A stretch of 64,000 bases of DNA, from NCBI GenBank assembly GCA_964385425.1, contig CAYLOQ010000001.1, positions 1,411 to 65,410 of the forward strand. The letters are read 5' to 3'. Below are positions 57,972-64,000 of this stretch, piece by piece; position 1 is the first letter of the stretch; every line of letters begins with the position of its first letter. The notes under the pieces were generated by a model that saw only the letters and a list, made by a program, of their open reading frames with translations, was not told the origin of the DNA and did no database searches. This stretch comes from Candidatus Woesearchaeota archaeon (GTDB lineage Archaea > Nanobdellota > Nanobdellia > Pacearchaeales > GW2011-AR1). The position numbers and the translations under genes are program-made.

Positions 57972-59131
57972 TTCTTTCCTCTGTTACTATTATCTCTATA
58001 AACTTGGTCAAAGTGATGTTGCTTGTTTTCATAATCTACATGTCTACTTAAATTATGTCTAAAAAAAGTCAAATCTTCCTTTGTCATGGGTTCATTAAAT
58101 ATAACTCTACCTTCATCAGTTATTCTAAATTTTCTGTCTTCATATCCAATTTTGCTTTGTAATCCCTTAACCTGTTCTTCTGTGGGACTATTACCTGAAG
58201 TATTAAAATCAGAACATCTTTGTTTCTGTGATGGCCTGCAAGGAAGAGGACAACTGTCTTCACAGCCGTCTTCTCCAATAACTCTTAAAAAATCTAAATG
58301 TGCATTGTAATCTGGTATGCCAAAAATTGATGAAACTGCACAACTAGTATATCTATAAATTGGCTTTGTATCGCCATAGGCTTCGACTATTTGTTCTTGT
58401 AATTCGACCGGAAAATATTTATTTGTATGATTCGGAACTTCTGGGATAGGCAAACCCCTACTTTGTATCTTACTAATTATTTCAGGAGTAAGTCTCAAAC
58501 CACTCATAACAACCCCATCAACAATTCCGTCCACTTCTTGACTTGTTCTTTCAAATTGTCCTTCTTTAACCCATTCTTTTACAACTGGACGTAAATATTG
58601 TATTGTTGGGATTCCCCTCTCATGTATCTTCCTCATTAAATCTAATCGTTTACTATTTGGTGCTAATTCAATTTTCCTGTCTTCATATCCCGCATAACTT
58701 ACATAGATTATTGGTCTTAAATGTTTCAAATTAGCAATACTATCTAAAACGGTATTTGGTGCATTGGTTCTAGTGATTAATCCGACTACGTGTTTAAATT
58801 CTCTTTCATCCATACCTTTCAATATTTTAACTAAATCTGAAGTATTTTGAGGTAAAAAAGGATCTGAGAAATTATAAAAAGTGAGGGGCGACTTATTTGT
58901 GACACGGGGATCTGTCATAATCTCGGCAACTACCTCTTCTGGTGTAAATCCAACCCCATCTCTTTTAACTCTATGAACCTTTCTATAATCTGAAGTATCA
59001 AAAAATCTGTCTTTATGTTGAATACAATATACACAATCCCAAATACATCCAAAACTGGGATTTATAGCCATCCAGCTTTTCAATTGTGTTATTAATTGAA
59101 GATCATTAGAATATTGATATTCTTTTTCCAT
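57968..59131 (-). CDS. Radical SAM protein, SplB/COG1533-like (DNA-repair-photolyase-like family)
   Basis: INPSFGCIWDCVYC carries the CX3CX2C cluster in the NP.xGC...C.YC context typical of COG1533. Confidence 0.6.
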   Translation of the reverse strand: MEKEYQYSNDLQLITQLKSWMAINPSFGCIWDCVYCIQHKDRFFDTSDYRKVHRVKRDGVGFTPEEVVAEIMTDPRVTNKSPLTFYNFSDPFLPQNTSDLVKILKGMDEREFKHVVGLITRTNAPNTVLDSIANLKHLRPIIYVSYAGYEDRKIELAPNSKRLDLMRKIHERGIPTIQYLRPVVKEWVKEGQFERTSQEVDGIVDGVVMSGLRLTPEIISKIQSRGLPIPEVPNHTNKYFPVELQEQIVEAYGDTKPIYRYTSCAVSSIFGIPDYNAHLDFLRVIGEDGCEDSCPLPCRPSQKQRCSDFNTSGNSPTEEQVKGLQSKIGYEDRKFRITDEGRVIFNEPMTKEDLTFFRHNLSRHVDYENKQHHFDQVYRDNSNRGKK

Positions 59132-59498
59132 TTTGATTTACGGGGTCAAGAACATATCTGTTTTTTAAATTTTTGATACTTTCTTCCACAATCAAGTAAA
59201 ATCGATTTTTGCTCATCTATTTTATCTATTTTTTTCATTTATAACCTTTACTATTATTAATTTTTAAGTAGTAACGAAAGATTAAGAATTATGAAATTTT
59301 TTATACCCATTAAATTCTTCCTCGGTTGCCAACCCCAAATATTTCGCTAATTCCTTTGCTTTGAATACATGCGTCTTTAGAATGGGAACTTTTTCTTTCG
59401 ACACAAACTGATGCTTTTCTGAGGTTTCAATAAATGTATCTGCTGGAACTTCATACACATAAATAAATCAGTTTAAAAAAATTGTTGTAATCTAAAAT

Positions 59499-60485
59499 TT
59501 ACTTCCAGCTAACAACCACATCATCAGTCCTCTGCCTTGGTTTTATATCCAGACCTTCTGCTTCTTTTCCATCAAAGCTTATTCCGGATTTAAACATAAT
59601 TTCTCCGAGATAAGCAATCATTGCTGCATTATCCACGAGCAAAGACTTATCTGGAACAAAAAACTTCGCATCGCGTTCCCTACACATTATTTTACACATT
59701 TCCTGCAACCGAGAATTACAAGCAACACCCCCTCCCAAAAGCAATTCTTTTTTTCCTGTGTGGGCCAAAGATCTTTCTGAAACTTCTACGAGCATTGCAA
59801 AAACAGTCTCTTGCAGTGAATAGGCAAGATTTTTCAACCCATATTTTCCACTTTCAAGTTTTTGTTTTAAGTTTGTAAGGATTCCGCTCAAAGAAACATC
59901 CATCCCCTTAACGCTGTAAGGAAGTTCTATATACTCTCTTCCTTGCTCTGCAAGTTCCTGGATTTTCGGTCCTCCTGGAAAACCAATTCCTGCATATCTA
60001 GCAAAAGTATCTATGAAGTTCCCTGTTCCTATATCAAGGGTTTCTCCAAACACCCTGTACTTCCCAGAGGCATAGGCAATTATTTGTGTGTTTGCTCCAG
60101 ATGCATATAACATTACAGGATCTTTTGCCCCTGTAAGCATTCCAATTTCAAGGTGGGCAACACAATGGTTAACAGGCACTAATGGTTTTTTCAATTTTTT
60201 AGCAAGATCCTTAGCAAACCGGACTCCTTCCAAAAGACAAGGAGCTAAACCAGGTCCTTGGGAAAAGGCGACAGCATCTATCTCCCTCTCCGCTATTCCT
60301 GCCTCCTGCAATGACTTAAGATATATCTCCTCTTTATTTTCCTTGTGGTGTTTTGCAGCTTCTATTGGAATTATCCCGCCTTTTTCAGTAGTATAACTTC
60401 TCCGAACATTTGAGAGAACCTTTCCATTCTTAACTATACCAATCCCAAAAGTATGCGCTGTTGATTCAATGCCTAAGACAATCAT
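59499..60485 (-). CDS. kae1: Kae1/TsaD tRNA N6-threonylcarbamoyladenosine synthase
   Basis: MIVLGIESTAHTFGIGIV, metal-binding HCVAHL, and an ASKH fold pattern. 328 aa. Confidence 0.9.
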   Translation of the reverse strand: MIVLGIESTAHTFGIGIVKNGKVLSNVRRSYTTEKGGIIPIEAAKHHKENKEEIYLKSLQEAGIAEREIDAVAFSQGPGLAPCLLEGVRFAKDLAKKLKKPLVPVNHCVAHLEIGMLTGAKDPVMLYASGANTQIIAYASGKYRVFGETLDIGTGNFIDTFARYAGIGFPGGPKIQELAEQGREYIELPYSVKGMDVSLSGILTNLKQKLESGKYGLKNLAYSLQETVFAMLVEVSERSLAHTGKKELLLGGGVACNSRLQEMCKIMCRERDAKFFVPDKSLLVDNAAMIAYLGEIMFKSGISFDGKEAEGLDIKPRQRTDDVVVSWK

Positions 60486-60535
60486 GTATACTGTAGAAAA
60501 AGCATATTTATAAAATTGGTTAATTACAAATTAAC

Positions 60536-60841
60536 ATGGACGAAAGAGAGAGTTCTTTAGATATTTATGATATAAGAGTGGCTCTAAGAAAAAGCTTTGA
60601 TGGTGAAAAAACAGCAAGAGTTTACATTCGATATTCTAAAAAAGGTAAAACAGTAAAAAAGGATTTCCCTTGGCCAGAAAAAGTCGACGAAAGTGGTTTG
60701 CTTTTAAGAAATATGGGAAAAGAAATGGTTGCATCCTATCAGAGAAGGGGGAATTTAGAGTACTACGATTCAAAATGGGAAGTAATACCAACAGATCTAG
60801 CCCAAAGACTGGAACCCCTCGTCCACAAAGCGCTAAAATAA
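60536..60841 (+). CDS. Hypothetical protein
   Basis: 101-aa ORF with no recognisable motif. Confidence 0.35.
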   Translation: MDERESSLDIYDIRVALRKSFDGEKTARVYIRYSKKGKTVKKDFPWPEKVDESGLLLRNMGKEMVASYQRRGNLEYYDSKWEVIPTDLAQRLEPLVHKALK

Positions 60842-60874
60842 TAATTAATTAAAAAAATAATGAAAAGGAAAATT

Positions 60875-61039
60875 TTATCTCTTCCTTTTTGCAGGCTTTC
60901 TCTTAACAGCTTTCTTTTTGGATTTCTTTTTCTTTCCCCCACGAGCCATCTTTGCCTCGCACACATTACCTGCACCATCAATATAGTAAAGATGTCCTGG
61001 TTTTCTTGTGATAACTTTTTTAACAATAATTCTTCCCAT
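60875..61039 (-). CDS. Small basic protein of 54 aa that is not in the ORF track
   Basis: Manual translation of the minus strand gives MGRIIVKKVITRKPGHLYYIDGAGNVCEAKMARGGKKKKSKKKAVKRKPAKRKR*. A purine-rich stretch (ggaggtg) precedes the ATG. Confidence 0.35.
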   Translation of the reverse strand: MGRIIVKKVITRKPGHLYYIDGAGNVCEAKMARGGKKKKSKKKAVKRKPAKRKR

Positions 61040-61498
61040 TTTACACCTCCCTTTTGAACATTATATCTTATTGTAACTAATTCCATATTTAAATGTTTCT
61101 AGTCACCGACGAGCAATTTCACGAAGGACAAATTGTTTTATAAATAACTAAGAGATTACGAAAAGAGAAGCTTAACAATATCCCTGTATCTTCCATTAAT
61201 CGGGATTTCTAAAACTCTAAAATAAGGTTTCGGCGTCGGAACATGCCATGTAAATGGACTAACTTTCTTCATTTTAATAGTATTATTTTTTTCATCTAAA
61301 AAAAGAATTAAGAAAGGAAAGAATACAAAAAAACCAGAGAAAGAAAAATCCTTCGGTTTTTTAAAATCAAATAAAAGAGCATTAGCTTTTTTTCGAGAAA
61401 GAAACATCAGACCAGTTGTAAAATTTCTAAGTCCTTCGAAATGTTTAACATTCAAATTAAACTTCCTTTTCTTGAAGGTAAAGGAAAATTTTTTCATT

Positions 61499-61975
61499 TT
61501 AAAACCAATTCTTTTTTTCATCTTTCCTCTGCTTCTCAATTTCTTTTAAATTATCTTCATTTTTCCATTTCAGCTCTCGGAGCCCCAGGAAATCTTCTTT
61601 CAACAAATCTTTTTTCTTTATCTTGTAAGATCTATAACACCCTTCAATATTTTTATCGCACACGTGGTCATGGTGTCTGAACCCGCCGCCAAAAGTATTA
61701 GGAATATGCATCAATTCATGAATTACAACTTTTATTTTTTCTTCGTCATCAAGTTTGTCAAATCTCTCAGATAAAAATTCCAAGGCATAAAATGCGTCAA
61801 CCCTCATTGCTTTTTGCATCAGTTTCCCAATAGTATGGCATCTAGCTATTGTCCCCCTAGAACTTGTTCCCCAGCTCCTAAAACACCTAAGCTGATTCAG
61901 CCTTACATGAGGGAACAAAAGTCTCGAGATCTCTTCCGCAACTTTCTGTATGTCTGATGCAAATTCGTATTTCAT
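61499..61975 (-). CDS. HExxH metal-dependent hydrolase (DUF45/SprT/WLM-like)
   Basis: HELMHI zinc-binding motif with a downstream HHDH. Confidence 0.5.
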   Translation of the reverse strand: MKYEFASDIQKVAEEISRLLFPHVRLNQLRCFRSWGTSSRGTIARCHTIGKLMQKAMRVDAFYALEFLSERFDKLDDEEKIKVVIHELMHIPNTFGGGFRHHDHVCDKNIEGCYRSYKIKKKDLLKEDFLGLRELKWKNEDNLKEIEKQRKDEKKNWF

Positions 61976-61976
61976 T

Positions 61977-63170
61977 TTACCTAGTCACAATCTCCAAAGC
62001 ATCCCTGTTTTTTAAAACATGATTTTTTCCTAAGGCTCTTTTTGTTCTTGCATCTATCGCTTTTATAAAATTATTTCCAAAATCTGTATGCAGGAAGAAA
62101 GCAAAATCAAGAGCCGTGCTTTCTCCCGGAAGCAAGAAACAGTCGGGAAGAATATTCCCTTTGCTGTCTGCCAACTTGTGAGCTCCTGCAGGAAAAACAG
62201 CTATGTATTTTAATAAATCAAAAACAGCATGGTTTAGAATTGCCTGAACTCCTGTTCCCTCTTCAAATTTTTCCAGAACATCTTTTTTAATTTTATCCAA
62301 GGCTTGTTTTTGTTTCTCTGTTAAGTTTCCGGTAATTTTAAAATTTTTTTCTCCCGGAATATATTCTATTAATTCATCCTTAGCAGCCTCTCTAAGAGCA
62401 AGCTCTGAATCTGCAGAGCAAGGCATGATAGTCAAATCAGGGAATTTTTTCTTTAATCTTTCATAATTCTCTCTTCCTTTTTCAAGATCAACCTTGTTCG
62501 CAGCAATAATTGTTGGCTTACTCAATCTTCTCAAGGAAGATGCAAACTTCATTAACTGTTCTTCTTTCCAAGTACTTGGTTTTTCTGGAAGATTTAATTT
62601 GAGCAGGGTTTTCTTTACCTGTTCTTCTGTGACTTTTAGGCCAGAGAACTGCTTTGAAACAGATTCTGAAAAACTAGTATTTTCTACTTCTGCCTTTCTA
62701 GCAAAGCTCTTCCAAGCTTTTACAAGGATATTATAATACCACTTATTTAATTCTTCCTCCAAAAATTCTACATCATCACAGGGATCATAATTTTCTTGTG
62801 CTGGTAAAATCTTGCCTTCTACATCTGTTGTCCCAGACGCATCAACAATATGAATAAATGCGTCTGCCTGCCTTAATTCATCCAAAAACTGATTTCCTAG
62901 TCCTTTTCCTTCACTTGCTCCGGGGACTAGGCCAGCCACGTCCATGAGCTCTACAGGAACAAATCTCTTATTTTTAATGCAGAATCCATGAGAAGGATTA
63001 CATTGGACTCCAAATTCCTTATCTATACAATCTATTTTTACATATCCTACTCCATGATTAGCCTTTATTGTTGTGAAAGGATAGGATGCTATTTCAACTT
63101 CTGCTAGAGTCGCTGCTTTGAAAAAAGTTGACTTGCCACATGAAGGCTTACCTACCAAACCCAAAATCAT
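61977..63170 (-). CDS. ychF: Obg-family GTPase YchF/OLA1-like
   Basis: GLVGKPSCGKSTFF, YPFTTIKANHGV, DVAGLVPGASEGKGLGNQFL, NKVD. About 397 aa. Confidence 0.8.
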   Translation of the reverse strand: MILGLVGKPSCGKSTFFKAATLAEVEIASYPFTTIKANHGVGYVKIDCIDKEFGVQCNPSHGFCIKNKRFVPVELMDVAGLVPGASEGKGLGNQFLDELRQADAFIHIVDASGTTDVEGKILPAQENYDPCDDVEFLEEELNKWYYNILVKAWKSFARKAEVENTSFSESVSKQFSGLKVTEEQVKKTLLKLNLPEKPSTWKEEQLMKFASSLRRLSKPTIIAANKVDLEKGRENYERLKKKFPDLTIMPCSADSELALREAAKDELIEYIPGEKNFKITGNLTEKQKQALDKIKKDVLEKFEEGTGVQAILNHAVFDLLKYIAVFPAGAHKLADSKGNILPDCFLLPGESTALDFAFFLHTDFGNNFIKAIDARTKRALGKNHVLKNRDALEIVTR

Positions 63171-63246
63171 TTCTTAAACTCCATAAATCCAATTTGGATC
63201 ATTTTTATTTATTACCTTAATTTTTTATTTCTCATTTTTATAAATA

Positions 63247-63603
63247 TTAATTCAAAGCCAAACTTATTTCTAACGCTTTTTCCACCTTATGCATGATATA
63301 AGAATCCAAAGAGCCGACTTTTTTGAGTAATCTTGATTTGTCTAGTGTTCTAATTTGATTTAATAAAATTGTAGAATCTTTATCTAAACCAGAATCTTCT
63401 CTTGAAACAAAAACATTTGTTGGGAATTCTTTTGAGAATATCCTTGAAGTAATCGCTGCAACTATTGTTACAGAGGAATACATATTAGATTTATCATTTT
63501 GAATTATTAAAACAGGCCTTATTCCTCCCTGTTCACTACCTTTTACAGGCTCTAAATTTGATAGAAAAATTTCTCCTTTTTTTATGATAATCACCATTCC
63601 CAC
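63247..63603 (-). CDS. MazF/PemK-family endoribonuclease toxin
   Basis: GEIFLSNLEPVKGSEQGGIRPVLIIQND...VTIVAAITS matches PemK/MazF. Confidence 0.75.
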   Translation of the reverse strand: MGMVIIIKKGEIFLSNLEPVKGSEQGGIRPVLIIQNDKSNMYSSVTIVAAITSRIFSKEFPTNVFVSREDSGLDKDSTILLNQIRTLDKSRLLKKVGSLDSYIMHKVEKALEISLALN

Positions 63604-63821
63604 CTACTTAAATCTTCAATTGCTTCAAATTCTTTAGTTATCTTTAAATTCTCTTCCGCCATTTCTTTGCAACCTTCTATAAGCAATTGCTCTTGTTCTC
63701 TTTTAGATTTTTCAGCAATTTCCATGAGTTTTAAAATTACATCTTCATAAGTTTGTTTACCGATTTTTAGTCTATCTAAAATCTTTTTCACATCTTCATT
63801 AAGTTGAATGGTTGTTACCAT
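63591..63821 (-). CDS. Putative antitoxin (RHH/AbrB-like) paired with MazF
   Basis: 76-aa ORF overlapping the mazF start by 13 nt. Its N-terminus TIQLNEDVKKILDRL is typical of small DNA-binding antitoxins. Confidence 0.5.
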   Translation of the reverse strand: MVTTIQLNEDVKKILDRLKIGKQTYEDVILKLMEIAEKSKREQEQLLIEGCKEMAEENLKITKEFEAIEDLSRWEW

Positions 63822-64000
63822 ATAACTATAGAATAACTATAGTTTATAATCCCTCCTATTGGGTTTGCATTATCCCTCCCTGATATTGTGCTTCTTCCTC
63901 CTTCTTTTTCTTCCTACGTCTCCAGATTAAGATTATCAAAATCAATATTGCCAATAATAAGATCAAAGAGATTAAAAAGAGGGTTATTTTTCCAAAAATT

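Noticed and set aside
61156-61539. 127-aa minus-strand ORF (KKRIGFKMKKFSF...)
   Set aside because: Low-complexity K/F-rich translation of an AT-rich intergenic stretch with no motif. It is probably the promoter or terminator region between the YchF-like and metalloprotease genes.

Overview
This is a low-GC window with archaeal gene content: translation factors aIF2-gamma and aIF5B, ribosomal proteins S6e, S10, S28e, L24e and L7Ae, Kae1, SerRS, and gyrase A/B. Architecture is compact and many genes overlap. My inference is a small-genome, DPANN-like archaeon.

Two tRNA genes are readable: tRNA-Asp(GUC) on the minus strand and tRNA-Ser(GGA) on the plus strand.

The 13.7 kb on the 3' side of tRNA-Asp is an accessory-like patchwork. 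It holds Fic/Doc, a pentapeptide-repeat protein, GIY-YIG, HEPN and Hjc-like nucleases, a secreted SNase+Excalibur nuclease, a GHKL ATPase with a STAS-like partner, and a 918-aa surface protein. This patchwork is punctuated by seven co-oriented copies of a GC-rich 14-nt motif matching the 3' end of tRNA-Asp. Most copies sit immediately upstream of TATA-like boxes of minus-strand genes, and two carry an extended module with a conserved hairpin.

Other notable items:
- gyrB carries a 431-aa intein with an HNH endonuclease domain at the canonical SAGG/SAK TOPRIM site.
- A 3629-aa heavily N-glycosylation-sequon-rich surface protein has LamG-like and Ig-like repeats, C-terminal TM anchors and a roughly 550-aa K/R-rich cytoplasmic tail.
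- A four-gene operon encodes a large ThyX-like protein, a ParB/Srx-like protein, a Tmk-like kinase and a HAD phosphatase.
- A second cluster encodes a sulfotransferase, a Nudix hydrolase, a P-loop kinase, a SAM methyltransferase and a SplB-like radical SAM enzyme.
- Toxin-antitoxin modules: HicAB, a MazF-type toxin with an antitoxin, and a frameshifted orphan RelE/ParE gene.
- A standalone Cas4-like nuclease sits next to gyrase.

No CRISPR array and no integrase or transposase gene were seen.
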